In this document: in pieces, positions 1 through 15,732 of the stretch | Numbering within the stretch: position 1 is the first letter of the stretch | How the letters are laid out: every line of letters begins with the position of its first letter | DNA from: the human T2T-CHM13v2.0 reference genome, Homo sapiens | Length of the DNA stretch: 64,000 nt | Assembly: GCF_009914755.1 (NCBI RefSeq) | Contig: NC_060927.1 | Reading direction: 5' to 3' (one strand) | The notes under the pieces: model-generated | Databases searched by the model: none | Seen by the model: only the letters and a program-made list of their open reading frames with translations | What the model was told of the DNA's origin: nothing | Program-made: the position numbers and the translations under genes

Positions 1-83
1 CTGCTCTCATGACCCAAACACTTCCCACCACTTCCCATTACATTTGAAATGTAATCTCCGATGTTGGCAGTGGGAATGTAATG
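1..83 (-). mobile_element. MST-type (ERVL-MaLR) LTR fragment with an internal micro-inversion
   Basis: CATGACCCAAACACTTCCCACCA matches the MST LTR. Bases 46-74 are the reverse complement of the next expected consensus segment (CCCACxxCCAACATxGGxGATTACATTTC). Confidence 0.65.
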
Positions 84-1935
84 CGATTTTGTTTATCTGG
101 AGAGTTCTTTATTTTTTTCTTCAGTTTTGAAAGTTAGATTTGATGGACATGAGATTATTGATTGACTTTGTTGGTTTTTTGTGTCAGCATTTTGAATATA
201 TTATCCCACTGCATTCTGGCCTCCTTTCTTTTTCATGAGAAGTCAGCTATTAGTCTTATTGTGGTTCTCCTGTGCACAATGAGTCACTTTACTCTTATTT
301 CTTGCAAGATTTTCTTTGTCTTTGGCATACAACAATTTTACTGTGATATTCTGAGCATTAATCTTTGAGTTTATTCTACCTTAAATTCATTGAGCTTTTT
401 GATCATTTTTATTAATATTTCTCAGCAAACTTGGGAAATTTTCAAGCATTATTTCTTTGATTTTTTTTCTCCATGTTTCTTTCTTTCCTTTTTTTCTTGG
501 TAATCCTTTTATATGTATGTTAAGGTATTTAATGTTACCCCCCCCATTTCTTTGAGACTCTGTGTATTTATTTCTTATTCATTTTATGCTGTTTTTTAGA
601 TTGCATAATTTTGTTGATCCATATTCAAGTTTGCTGGTCTTTTAACTTTCTACATCAAATCTATCATTGAATTTCTCTACTATGGTTTTTCTTTCAGTCA
701 TTATATTTTGCAACTCCAGAATCTCCATTTGGTTCCTTTTTCTAATTTCTATCATTTTATATATAGGCTTTATTTGATGAGAAATTGTCATCATACATTC
801 CTGTATTTCTTTAAGCATGCTTTCTTTTAGTTCTTTGAACGTATTTTTACTAGCTGTATTGAAGACCTTGTGTTTTAAATTCTACATCTGGACTCTTTCA
901 CAGGTTATTTCTCTTGTCTGCTTTTTATTGCATAGGTCAGTTATCTATTCCTTTGTATATCTTACATTTTTTTTATTGAAACTACATTTTAAATACTATA
1001 TTACAGCAATTCCTGATACCTATTGCACCAGAACTTTTTGCTGTTGTTTGCTTGTTTATTTCTTTACTGACTTAACTGAACAATTTTAGTTGTCTTTTTT
1101 TCTGAAAGTGATGCCTCAGATATTGTGTTTCAGTGAACACTGCTTCAACTATATACACAATTACCCCAGAATGACAGTGGTTTTAGCAGGGATCTATTTG
1201 TCTTTTCTGTGATTTATCTGGTTAGCTATCTGCCTTCATTGGTATCATACTCAAGAGTAAGTCTTCACCACTTCCAGCTCTTTGCTTTATTATTATTATT
1301 TTATTGACAATGCTCTGGGACATAAAATGTTCCAAATTTTACTCAATTACGTTACTCCACAATTAAATCCTGGCTCATGTTCAGAGACAGTTTTGAGGTC
1401 AATAACTGGGTTTTGTTTTGTCTATGATGTTATTTTTAGCTTTTTCCTTAGTTGTCTCTGGTAAACTAGCTGCCCTATGGCTTAGCTTATTGCTTTTATA
1501 AGGTTATCAGCCTCTTCTTGCTACCCTGTAAATCACCTTCTTTTCTAATGTACCCTTTGTCTTGACCTTTCCCATCATCTGTTCCAAATAAAGTTTCTTT
1601 AAAGAGAGTCTTAGAGTGCTCATTCTTTATGTCTGCTTCTCTACCTAGGAAAATTCCTCTGAGCCATTGCACAAAGGCTAGGAACACGGACAGTGACCTA
1701 CTTACGTTAGAGTGATACATATGCCTTATGATTATGTTGTTGGGTCAGAGTGGTAGGTATGAGTCTCCTTACCTTGCTTCTGCTGGTGTGGAAACTTTAC
1801 TTTATGAGTGAGCTGGAAAGGTGATCCAGGACACAGGACACAGTTTTTTGGCATAACACACCTTTGATAGAGCCTCAACTCTATGAGTGGAGCTAGTCGA
1901 AAGGGAGCCCCTGACCTCTCATCCACATTTAACCA
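84..1935 (-). mobile_element. Old L1M (L1MD/MC-like) 5' region plus ORF1 remnant, antisense
   Basis: T-rich strand with antisense L1 ORF1 motifs (TTGAATATATTATCCCACTGCATTCTGGCCTCC...GAGAAGTCAGCT, TTGGGAAATTTTCAAGCATTATTTCTT), grading into 5'UTR-like sequence. Many stops. Confidence 0.8.
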
Positions 1936-1984
1936 CAATTTAATTTTGAATGGAAAATTATTCCATCAAGTGTATTTCTTATGA

Positions 1985-2760
1985 AATGCCATGGACACGA
2001 AAATTCTTTACATTTTTTTAGGAAAACCTATTTTGAGCCTTGAACTTTTCGAACCAATTATTAATCAAGCATAAAAACAAAGTGAAATCATTTTCAGACA
2101 TGCAAGGACACACATGTTCCCCTCCTACTCAACATTTTGAGAAGGTGACTCAACCAGGAATAAGTAGAAATTAACAAATAGAAACATGTGGTATACAAAA
2201 AGGTGTGAGGACATACCCACCAAAATACTAGATGAGCAGTTGACTCAGAAAGTATTTGGTCCAAAGGCCATCAAACAGTTTCAAAATATTTAAAAGTAAG
2301 TTGAGTGGGTGTTATTCAGTAGACAAAGTGGGGAAATAATGGAAAACCGGCTTGATGCTTCTCTCTGCAATTAAATAAACAAAAGTATTCAGAATCTTCA
2401 GAAAAATATGAAATTTTAACCTGCTTCTTATAATTTATTAGAAATTCCATATACTAGGGACAATATTTTTCAGTAAAACAAATGTAACAGCTAAGTATTG
2501 AGCTCTTAATATATTTGCAGTATTATAATAAAAGCTTTATTCTCCTTGTTATTATTTTCAATTTTGAGCATTAATTTTTACTCAAAGCATTATGGATTTA
2601 TGCTTATGGAACAGAATGTAAATATTAAAAAATTAAAATAAAGGTAAGGTTTGTTGAAATCAGGAGCAAGTACAGAGAGGATCAAAAAGGCAATTTTGTT
2701 TATGTAAAATTTTGATCATATTAAATATAACATTAGAGAAGGAATTAAATAATATAATAA
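1985..2760 (+). mobile_element. HAL1 or L1ME ORF1-like remnant
   Basis: CATTTTCAGACATGCAAGG motif typical of HAL1/L1ME ORF1 3' part; A-rich and highly diverged. Confidence 0.45.
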
Positions 2761-5382
2761 AATTATTTTCATTTATGCTAACAACTACGTAAAGTATATC
2801 CACCATGCTATAGTAAATCTACCCTGGATATCTACTGGATATTGAGATCATTTTTTTAAGAGCAAAAACACATATGCTTTTTAGAAAAATATGTGAAGAG
2901 AAATCTTTTATAGAAATCTTCCAGTTATGACAGCACTCAGAAGATATAATGTGTCCCCACTGCTCACTTAAGGAACATGAAGTCTTGAAGCCTAGGGCTG
3001 CCAGTGGATTATTGGTTACCTGTAGGGCAATAGAGAAAGAAATAATGGTTAGAATCACTGGGGAATGTGGAGTTACACAGATTTGCTACCCCGAAATAAT
3101 AATGGTCTTTCAAAAAACTCCTTAGTGGTACCTTATTTAAGCAAAATGTTGTTTTGAGGAGAGAATGAGATAATTGTCATAAAGAATTTTGCAGATGCCA
3201 AATCAAAATAAGCATTATGCATACTAATAATTATTCGCATATTTCTAATAAAGTGATTGAATGTTGCCTTCAAGAACCGTGATGTTGCCAGAAATATAAC
3301 TTCTAGAAGTTCAGAGAGTTGTAATTGAATGACATTTGAAAAGACCTATAAGTGCCAACAAAATAATAGTTGATTGTCACCACGACCAGAGATCACTGTA
3401 ATACTTGATTAACTTTGCTGATTAGATGGATGTATCCCTGGTAGGAGAAGATGCCAGAATACAAAAGAAAGGTCAAATGAAAACTCTTTAAGAACATGTC
3501 ATTTCATAATAATGAAAAGCTGACTGTTGTGGCTATTGCAAAGGAAAGACATCATTAGTAGTAGCAGAAAAACTATAATTAAAATAAATTTGACTAATGA
3601 GAGAATTTCATTGTCATACAGTATTAAGGGAAAAGAAGAAAGAGGAGGAGGAGGAAAAAGCAGAGGAACAGTTAGGAAGAGAGAAAAAAGAAAAGGAAGA
3701 AAACAGGATCCATATTAATAGAATTGTGTTAAAAAGAAAAGTCTGTCAGGGAAGGTCATAGCTAGTGACAATGGGTAAATATCAGGACAGGAGACTAAAG
3801 AATAATAAAAAATAAATAAATAATTTTAAAACCCACAAACCGTAATTGAAATTGTAAGGGAGTAGAGCCATTATCGGGATTGGCACAAGCACTTGAAGAA
3901 GAAACAAAGAATGCATAGAGGAATTTTAAATGGGTTGCACCTAATTATTTTCATTTTCTTTTCAAGCTCCAAATTTGGTACTTTCCCATATAGTGAGATG
4001 CACATTATAGGAATCATTTCAGAGATAAAATTATTCTTTCCATCATGATTCCAATGTGAGTTATTTTGACAAAACTGGGTACCACCGCCAACATTGGAGA
4101 TCTTGGCATGGAATGAACAAATATTAGGCGCTGCTACTTTAACCCATTTCCTACTATGATATGAGAATTAGTGGTAATCGTGTAAGTATTATTCAACCTT
4201 GAGAAAACATATTCTTTTTTTTTCTGGAGAAATAAAATTCTTCTTTGCTAAAGATCTCATTTTTCAATTTCGAGTTACTATGGTAATTTTATATCTTCCT
4301 ACAGTTTTCAAACTAATTTTAGTTTAAAATTGACATGAAGTAATTTAAAGAAGACTTTTTAAACTAATTACATGAGAAAGACTGTTTTGAATTTCACACC
4401 CTTTTAAGGTTCATGTAAAGTGTATAAGAGAAAACTGGATATTTTTAGTATTCAAATGAATGACTTTTTATTATTTTTATATACATTCATGAATCGTTTT
4501 TAATGTTTTTTTCTATTTTTTACTTCTACTTTATAGAGGTTATCTAAGGATACCAGTATCATATGAAGATAAAAGTATATAACATTTATTAAAACAAACA
4601 TATACAGAAAGTATTATTTTGTCAAATTAACTATAGTATTCTCCCTTTTAGATGGCAATTCAACCACTATATTGCAATTTTCTTCCTTTATATGTGAGGT
4701 AGGTGCAAAGATTCACCTACTGACATTTCAATTTGTCTGCAATTCTACTTAGATGATTAATTATGTATTAGAAATATTAGGCAATTCACCCTTTTAGATC
4801 CTTATATACCTGCACAACACCTCCAGATAAACATTTACAAAAACAGAGCTTAAAAGTTTGTGAGTCTTTGTCATAAAACTTTCTGTGAGATTCAGAAAAT
4901 TTTTATATTTAAATGTACAAATAAACATGCCCATGAATGGACATAGAGTGTATCTGTGCATTTAAAGATTTAAAAGTTGTTTCATTAGAGGCAATTTGGC
5001 TAAGAAATCACAAAATGGAAGTGGGGCAGGAACTCAGGATTTTCAACCCGTAATCTAATATTTACTCTTTATTCCATCAGTGGTTTTCAGAAATATTTTA
5101 GCCATATCATATCATTATTTTTTATTCTAGAAAGAATACTAACTTGGAAGCCTACAAAATAGAACCATTCTAGTTGAAACTGGAATAACCTATAATATTC
5201 TACCTAATCTTTCTACATACCTGCAACGCTCTGTTTTGTAGGGATCACTAGGGTTCCTTGGAGAGTTTTGAAAACATTTTCTTGCACCAACTTGACAATT
5301 CAAGTAGGATGGGGTTGCAATTTATGTTTATTACAAAAATAAGGTGTTCAAAATTGGTAATACATATTTATCACAGTGAATG

Positions 5383-5460
5383 CATATATATATTTATACA
5401 CATATATACCTACATATATACCACATATTTATCTGTATACATATATATATATATATATAT
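5383..5460. repeat. (TA)n-rich microsatellite
   Basis: Directly visible TA dinucleotide tract, purest at 5441-5460. Confidence 0.9.
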
Positions 5461-5479
5461 AACTAGACCCAGAAACCAG

Positions 5480-5850
5480 AAATATTTCAGCAGTAAATAA
5501 TAGAAAACCAGACTAACACTTTTTTTAATAAAGGATTATTACTCTTATATACTAGGGAAACTGAAGTGAGGTAGCAACTAATGTTAGTTCAAAAGGTCAG
5601 TATTTCAGGTGATCCAGTTATCTCTCATGGTCACAAAAAGATTTTAACAGGTATTATGTCCTCATTTAAAACAGGAAGAATCTTTCTTTTACCAGAAAGT
5701 TCATGTTATAACATAACAGGAGTTACGTGGCAATTTCTAGCTAAACATGGTGATTGGCAATATGCAGACTTAGCTTTTCCATTTCTCATAGCGGAGGTAA
5801 GGAAGAGATGAGAGAGCTGACTTTTTGAAATAACCATTCAGTACTATCTA
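5480..5850 (-). mobile_element. Old MLT1 (K/L/M-like) MaLR LTR remnant
   Basis: GCAGTAAATAATAGAAAACCAGACTAAC...GGATTATT start motif and GCAGACTTAGCTTTTCC; very diverged. Confidence 0.4.
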
Positions 5851-6858
5851 ACATGGTGACATTCAAAATATTTAAAGTGAGTGGATGTTATTAGGCAATA
5901 TCATCTTTTGCACTTTGGAAGTAATTCATTTTTTTTCTTCTAGTCATATAGTGGTGAGAATGTTATTCATGGTGTCATTTCTGTATTTATTTAAATACTA
6001 GGATTTCCCAAAATAAACTTTAAAACATCACTGTCTTCATTTTCTGTTATATTTGCTTTTTTTATTTTAGGAAATCCAGAATATTATTCCTGAAAAATAA
6101 ATATAACCCTCATTTTTGTATTGAGTATACTTCTATAGTCTATCTACATTTGGAAATGTCCTTATACATTGTTTACAAATTCTCTAGAGGCGATTTTTCA
6201 TACCCTGAAGGTTCCAAGTCTCTACAAATCTATTTTTCTTTAGAGTTATTTTCCCCTTAGGTTGTTATTCAGCTTTCAAATCTGATAAGTGATAATGTCT
6301 CATAGGATATGTATATCTGAACCATATATACAAATCTGAACTATTTTGCTGAGGTAAATGATTAATCAACAGACAACTCCAGATGTCAGCCTAGTTCAGT
6401 ATTTTAAAATTGCATTACTTCTTCAGCATAAGACGTCCTATAATTTCTTTTCTTGGTCTTTCTTTGCCTGATTAATATCGATTAAATGATGTAACTACAA
6501 CACGCACTTCTGCACAGAACACATCAACCACATCTGAAATGCAGCAGACTCTAAGCAATAATTTGAATAAAATCTTATCAGTTTAATTTTGGTAGATTTT
6601 TTAAAAAGTAATCTTCCGATAATTTTATAGGTTGATAATTGTTTTTAAAATGATAGAAAGCCATGTTTACATTATCAGACATGGTAACTGGAAGGGTTAG
6701 CATGCTAAACAAACACCCAGTGGTCAACCTCAACATGGCATGAAATCCTTGAGAGCCACAATGTGTGGTCCAAAGGTATTGCTCTTGTTGCCCTTTGTGA
6801 TTGCCTTGAATGAGCTAGCTGACAAGGATTCATTACTGAGAACTCAATTGTTAGGACA

Positions 6859-6900
6859 GTGTGTGTGTGTGCGTGCATGTGTGTGTGTGAGTGTGTGTGT
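6859..6900. repeat. (TG)n microsatellite, interrupted
   Basis: Directly visible. Confidence 0.95.
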
Positions 6901-7449
6901 ATGTAAAGGGGTGGGAGTGAAACTGGCCAACTGGCTTTCATAAGCCTATGAGTTCTCTTATGTTAACACCATATAGTAATGGAGTGTTGGTACTAAATCA
7001 GGGAATAAAGGCTGCTTAGAAAGCTATTTTAGTTGGAAATTTTAAGTTCTAATTTGAATAATCAGAATTATTTTACACAATGTGATTGCCATTAAGATTT
7101 CATTCCTGTGTTTTGTGGCATAATTGTATGGTGGTAAGATTTGTGTACACTTAAAATCGTATTTACTTAGACTTAAAATACCTAAACTTACACAGACAGA
7201 TCAATTAGAAACTGATTACCAGTTCCACAATTGATTCATCACTGAGTTCTTGGTCTAGTATACATATGTCTTTTAAGTTTTACATAAACAACTAACAAAA
7301 GTTTAATGGCCTGTAACTTGCAGGATTGTAGTGACTAAGAGAATTTGCCAAAAATATCGGACTAGAAAAAAAGGTACCTTCCTCTTTTCTGTCTTGATAT
7401 TTGTTAACTACCCACCAGGTATACAGGATTTCATGTTTAGTATATAATA

Positions 7450-7620
7450 AAATCCTCACAGCAATTCTGGGTATTTTGGAATTGCTATAATTACTTAATA
7501 AAGGAGTAAATTAAGGGCCAGATATTTTAAGGGACTTGCCAAATGGCACACAGCTTGTAAGTAGCAGAACTGGGATTGGAGCCTGTGTTCATCGGCTGCC
7601 AGAACCTGCAACTATTTTCA
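7450..7620 (-). mobile_element. MIR SINE
   Basis: AATCCTCACAGCAA...AAGGGACTTGCCAAATGGCACACAGCTTGTAAGTAGCAGAACTGGGATTGGAGCC is antisense MIR core. Confidence 0.8.
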
Positions 7621-7672
7621 CTAGATGCCAGGGAAGGGAGAAGCAGAAGCCAAATAAGCATTGACCTTTTGC

Positions 7673-7696
7673 AAAAAAAAAAAAAAAAAAAAAAAA
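7673..7696. repeat. poly(A) tract
   Basis: About 24 consecutive A, with no recognisable retroelement body upstream. Confidence 0.95.
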
Positions 7697-9079
7697 TTAG
7701 AGAGAACCAGGTAAGATTAGACGAGCAAAGTTATGTTATCTTTTCCTCTCCCCCAGTCACAGACAGGCTATTCAGCAAAGGTAGAGCAAATTTCACTGGT
7801 AAGCAAACCAGAAGTTTCACATTAAACCAAAAGATAGTATAGAACATGGAAGAGTATGCAGCTTAGCTACAAAAGCAGATCCTTAATATAAAAGCATCTT
7901 AGCACAATGGGTACATTTTGCTCTTCTTACCCCTTTAAGAACAGCACCAGCATATCTTGGTATAGTGGCTTATTGCTAATGATGCTTGCAAATAAGTGGA
8001 TGTGAGTGTGCGGATGAGGAGCAGATAGAGGAATGTTCATAATGCTAAGAAAACCATGAAATAGTAACAAGGGTATCATTGCATATTTTTAAAATTATTA
8101 ATAAAATATTTCTTACAAAAGGTGACAGAAAGTCAATATTTTTAAAATTTAAAAAAGCAAAGAAAGGTATATTTCTGCCTTAAATGTTTATTTTGGTTTT
8201 GGATAAAATCATACATAATGAATAAAACTCAGAAGGTATATATTTCATTATTTCATTGCTCTTACTTTTTATATAAGAACATGAGGATCTTGAGAAGTTA
8301 TGCTATATGTTCAGTATTAGTGAGCTTAACAGGAAGAGTTTACTTGATAATTAAATATTTATCATTCAGCAACCATTTTTAATTATGACTTGATGTCATT
8401 AAGTTAACAAGAGTAGTCCAATGATAATTTATCAAACACTGACGTGTCCACGATATCTTTTAACCCTTGCTCAGGATTTCGGAAATATGAATAAATATTA
8501 AGCCATATATTCCTGCTGTCCAAAGCATATATCTCGCATATATTTCACACGAAAATATCAAAAGCTTGAATTATCACTCACTGTGATATACTTATCTAGA
8601 CTTTAGGATATACTTATAAGCATTTTAAAGTAGAAGTAAAACAAGGGTGCGGAAGAATCTGAGAAAATTTCAATTTTTATCTCTACATTCCTTGGAGAGC
8701 TTTCTTAGAGCCCAAGGGATCAAGAACAAATTACACTGCCTTCTCCTTTGCTCTTGAAGATTTTCATGAGAAAAGATTACTCTCAAAAGAATACTGAAGG
8801 CAACTCTGAAGGGAAAAAGTACAAAATGCACTGCCTAACAAATGCATAAGCCATTCTGTCTATATTCTTGTATGATAATGATAATAATACAATAAAACCA
8901 TATATCTATGTGGAAGTTTATAATACAATACCTCTTTTATATTGTGTGGTCTGATTGTAAAACCATTCCATAAGCAAGTATAGAAAATGTTGTTTCAAAT
9001 ATTCAGTTTGCACATATGCATTTACAGACAAATTATATTGTTTAAATAATTAATAAAAAAATGTATTACTACTACTACT

Positions 9080-9290
9080 AATAATGAGTAGCTCATATTT
9101 TGGGGGTTTTAGTTTGTGACGGGTACTGTTCTGAGGTTCCTAACATTATCTTATCTAATTCATACAACACTATTATATACCATAATTATGTCTTTTACAC
9201 AGATAGGGAAATTGAGGCCTAAATATGTTATAGAGCCAGTAAATGAGGAGCCTGATTTTGAAAAGGCAGGAAGTCCAACTCCTCAGTTGG
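9080..9290 (-). mobile_element. MIR SINE
   Basis: TTTTACACAGATAGGGAAATTGAGGC core, preceded by GGTACTGTTCTGAGG...TCTAATTCATACAACAC. Confidence 0.7.
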
Positions 9291-9492
9291 TACTGCAGAA
9301 CCAGAAAATTTATTCTGTTTCTCAGTTCAAATGTTAGAGATTTCCTCAAAAAAAAGATAGAGAAGAGCAAAATGCTGTTCTATTTTTAGATTATGCCTTA
9401 AATCTTAAGTTTGTTGCTTCTCATCTAAGACTTAGTGTTGCTTACCAATACTAAATCCATATAAGAATTCAAGATAAAGTTCTAATTAATTA

Positions 9493-9590
9493 ATATACAT
9501 ATGTGTGTATACATGTGTGTGTATATATATATGTACATATGTATATATGTATATATATATGTACATATGTATATATACAGAGAGAGAGAG
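9493..9590. repeat. Compound (TA)/(TG)/(GA) microsatellite
   Basis: Directly visible. Confidence 0.95.
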
Positions 9591-10319
9591 GGTGGGGGGA
9601 GTATGTAAAGGAAGGAAAATTGAGCTGTATGATCTGAGGAGTAGAAAATAAGCAATGTATTCACTTAAGAGGAAAGTAGCAATTAGAAGAAAAGGTTTGA
9701 GCATTTTAACAAAGATGACTCAATGTGATAGAACCAAACAAATATAGCAGAACAGATACAGCACTTTACAGATGAGGATTGAGGTTTGAGGTAGGAAAGC
9801 TATTAAGGATGGCTTGAATGAATACATTTTAGAGTATTTTAAACACTTGTTTGTGAACACCCTCTCCCCATACAACTGCTGCCTGACTCATTGTTTAACT
9901 AATACTTGTATGGTCCACCACCTACCCCTTGCAAATGCAGGGTTTTGTTTGCCAACTTTTAGATTAGCACTGATTTGAGAAATTTTATTTTCTAACTTAA
10001 AAAAAAAAAAACATTGCTGCTTTGCTACTCCTTGGTATTTTAGAGGGATTGGAGGACAATTTAGGACTTGGTATCTTATACTTCACTGATATCTAAGCTA
10101 ACAATGTGAAATTGATAGTTAAGGAAAATAAAACCATTTATAATAAAATTGTGTAAATGAGTATAGGGAGTCTGGAAGAAATTTCATTAAAACATCCACT
10201 AGAAACCCTAAATAAGATTCCTGGATTTTAAAACAGCAGCATAATATGTAATGAAAATGACCCTTTAAAAATTAGATCTAAAAATAAATAAAACATATTT
10301 GCATATCCTGGGATATTAT

Positions 10320-10700
10320 GCACCCATTAAAAGGAAGGAAACCCTGTTACATGCAACAACATGGTTAAATCTCCAGGAGATTAGACTAATTAAAATAAGC
10401 CTATCACAAAATGATACATACTATATAATTCCACTCATATAAAGCATCTAAGTAGACAAAATCATGGAAGCAAAAAAATAGAAGGATGGAAGCCAACAGC
10501 TGGAGGAAGGGGAAGAGGGTAGGCGAGTGAGTGTTTAATGGGTATAACACAGTTTTAGCTTTGTAAAATGAAAAATAAGTGCTTGAAATCTGTTGAACAG
10601 CAATATAAATATACCAAACAGTATTGAACTGTAAACCTAAAGATATTTCAGCTGGTAAATTTAATGCTATTTATTTGTTACCACAATTAAAAATAAAATT
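10320..10700 (+). mobile_element. L1MA/MB-type 3' end
   Basis: AAAAGGAAGGAAACCCTGTTACATGCAACAACATGG...ATAATTCCACTCATAT...GTGTTTAATGGGTATA...TACCACAATTAAAAATAAAA. Confidence 0.85.
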
Positions 10701-11194
10701 TAAAAGTTGGATTTATAGTAGAAAATGTTAGACAAAAGAATATTTTTAAATGTTCTCAAAATTTATACAATCAATATAGCCTAATAGGAACAAACATACA
10801 TGGGGTAGGAAAACGGTACAAATTCAATTTATTTTTTTAATGGCTAGAACAAATTTAATTAATTATCAAAAATTGGGGTGACATCTAATACTGCAAAATG
10901 AAAGTTATCATTTGCCACTTCAAATTCCATGCTTAATATACTATGTTAGCAAGAAATACACATCTAAATTAGCTAACTCATTTTGATTAACATAAATGTA
11001 CCTGCATCATAAGATTAAAATAATGGGATTTACAAGACATCAGCAGATAAAGGGTCTGTGGCTTATCTACAGTTGGACTATAAACAAACAAAACCCCTAA
11101 ACAACCAGAAAAATGACAAAAACAACCTGCATAAACGATACTTTATTAAAAGTTGTTAATTATTACAAACTTTCAATGTATATTAAAAATACCT

Positions 11195-11537
<343 letters not shown>

Positions 11538-11583
11538 TTAGCCTGTCATTATTTGCTTCACTACATACATGTTACATAGGAAG

Positions 11584-11951
11584 TGTATTAGTCCGTTCTC
11601 ACGCTGCTATGAAGAGATACCGAAGACTGGGTAATTTATAAAGGAAAGGGGTTTAATTGACTCACAGTTCCACATGGCTGGGGAGGCCTCAAGGAATTTA
11701 TAATCGTGGTGGAGGGTGAAGCAAACATATCCTTCACAGGGCAGCAGAGAGAGGTGCCAGCAGGGGAAATGCCAGATGCTTATAAAACCACCAGACCTCC
11801 TGAGAAGTCACTCACTATCAGTGGAACAGCATGGGGGGAACCGCACCCATGATTCAATTACCTCCCACCGGGTCCCTCACACAACACATGGGGATTATGG
11901 GAACTACAATTCAAGATGAGGTTTGGGTAGGGACACAGCCAAACAATATCA
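11584..11951 (-). mobile_element. THE1 (THE1C-like) solo LTR, complete
   Basis: TGTATTAGTCCGTTCTCACGCTGCT...GGGACACAGCCAAACAATATCA; perfect 5-bp TSD GGAAG at 11579-11583 and 11952-11956. Confidence 0.96.
11850..11860 (-). promoter_or_regulatory. DUX4-type motif in the THE1 LTR
   Basis: TGATTCAATTA (TAATTGAATCA on the minus strand) fits TAAYBBAATCA; THE1 LTRs are known DUX4 targets. Binding at this copy is not shown. Confidence 0.55.
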
Positions 11952-12239
11952 GGAAGTCTGGTTTTTAATTTCATCAGTTCTTTCCTCAATTTAATTATTA
12001 CATTTTCTGGACTTGCAGTGAAAGTGTGGATCATATTACCAATGGTACTATAGGGGAAAAAATTGAACATCCCTGTTATCTTCCTGTTTTTCAATAATGA
12101 ATGATGTGTATTTGAACACTCAAACAATTAGAAACTGTCTACAAGCTTACATATTAAGCAGTTTAAAGCACATAAAGACATGTAAACTATTTTATAATAC
12201 AAGTATATGCATAATAGTCCATGATATAATGCATTAGGG

Positions 12240-12462
12240 TTGTAGTTCCTTAAGGCTGCCATAAGAAAAAAAAGTAGCAAAAACTTAGTGACTTAAAACA
12301 ACAGAATTTATTGCTTCATTGTTCTGGAGACTAAAAGTCTGAAATCAAAGTGTCCGCAGAAGCAGGCTCTTTCTAATGCATGGCTCTGGAGAAGGATCCT
12401 TCCTTGCGTCTCTGGCTTCTGGTGCTTGCCAGCAATCTTTAGCAATCTTTGACTTGTGTACT
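12240..12462 (-). mobile_element. MLT1 (B/C/D-like) LTR fragment
   Basis: GGCTGCCATAA...GACTTAAAACAACAGAATTTATT...TTCTGGAGACTAAAAGTCTGAAATCAAAGTGTC...GGATCCTTCCTTGC...GGCTTCTGGTG. Confidence 0.85.
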
Positions 12463-12519
12463 GTTTTTCTTTATGTTTTTTTTTTTTCTTTCTTTAATCA
12501 GGCACCAGAGAGAGCAATT

Positions 12520-14632
<2,113 letters not shown>

Positions 14633-14639
14633 CTCTCAA

Positions 14640-15100
14640 ATTTTGTTATACAAAGAAAGCAGAGCTAGAAACAATAGCATTTATGAAAGTGGATTATATT
14701 GGAAAGTAATTCCAGGGAAGAGAAATAGGGATCTGGAAAAAGTATAAAGAAAAAAGAAAACAAATGCAAGGGTACATTACTGAACAGATACTCACTATTG
14801 CCAATAGAGGCTGTTTTGTAATGACTATCTGAAGAATTATGAAAAATGCACTGGTGAATTGTACCATTAAGGTACTAAAGAGGGGAACAGTTATCTACTG
14901 CTTTACTGTTCCTCATTGTTCAAAAGCTGTCCCATGAGTTATTAACTTCCTTGTACTTCCAGGTTTGTGGATGAGAGAGCAAGCATCCCACATAGAGGCA
15001 GAAAGGTCCTAAGCAGAAAGTTAAAAGTTTCAGATGCAGCCAATCTAAGGAGTTGTCAAGTTATACCTATACACAGATGGTGGCCATGAAAACTTCTAGC
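14640..15100 (-). mobile_element. LTR16-family (ERVL) LTR, 5' LTR of the adjacent internal remnant
   Basis: AAGCAGAGCTAGAAACAA...AAGTGGATTATATTGGAAAGTAATTCCAGGGAAG...AATGCAAGGGTACATTACTGAAC resembles antisense LTR16. Confidence 0.6.
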
Positions 15101-15117
15101 ACAGAATTAGATTTAGA

Positions 15118-15310
15118 GCATTATTTCCCAAAGTTTATTGCACATGAGAAACACTAGAAAGACTTACTTGTTAAAGCAGATATTTCTAGTCTCCACCCCC
15201 CAGAATCTCTGAGTAGGTCTGAGGTATGGCATGAGAATTCGAATTTTTTACATGTTCCCTGGTGATGTTGATACTGATGCTCCTGGGGCTACATTTTGAC
15301 CACTATCTGG
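15118..15310 (-). mobile_element. MER5A (hAT-Charlie MITE)
   Basis: CTTGTTAAAGCAGAT...CCACCCCCCAGAATCTCTGAGTAGGTCTGAGGT...CATGTTCCCTGGTGATGTTGATACTG. Confidence 0.85.
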
Positions 15311-15644
15311 AGTTTGTAAGGTGGACAACAGGAATTGATTTATTCTCAAGTGTATAACTTATTCAAGCAAGATCATCAATGTACACAAAATAATTGGGTG
15401 AAAGATATTAGGACATAGAATAGTACATAATTTCAAATCACCACCTCACAAATTTCTTAAGTGAAAGAAGTTATACATACTTGACAGGCTTGTTGGATAG
15501 CATTTAGCCAAATGATCAGAATTTGCTAAATGATGATGAAAATACTAAGATTGTATGTCTGCTAGTGTAATAAATTAGCTAGAAGTTTTATTACTAAATG
15601 TCTAAGTCTAACTTGAATCTTATGAGTAAAATAACCTAGATTCC

Positions 15645-15732
15645 TATATATATGAATATATATATGAATATATATATGAATATAATATATATAGAGAGAC
15701 ATACACATATACATGCACATATTATGTATGTG
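15645..15732. repeat. (TATATATATGAA)n-like and (TA/CA) low-complexity tract
   Basis: Directly visible; about three copies of a 12-bp unit. Confidence 0.9.

Noticed and set aside
7673-7696. poly(A) tracts here and at 45496-45516 as processed-pseudogene tails
   Set aside because: No recognisable mRNA body or flanking TSD. An AATAAA about 20 nt before the 45.5-kb tract is unremarkable in such AT-rich DNA.
12463-12500. T-tract as the poly(A) tail of an L1-retrocopied ERVL transcript
   Set aside because: No poly(A) signal at the expected distance on the minus strand and no TSD found.
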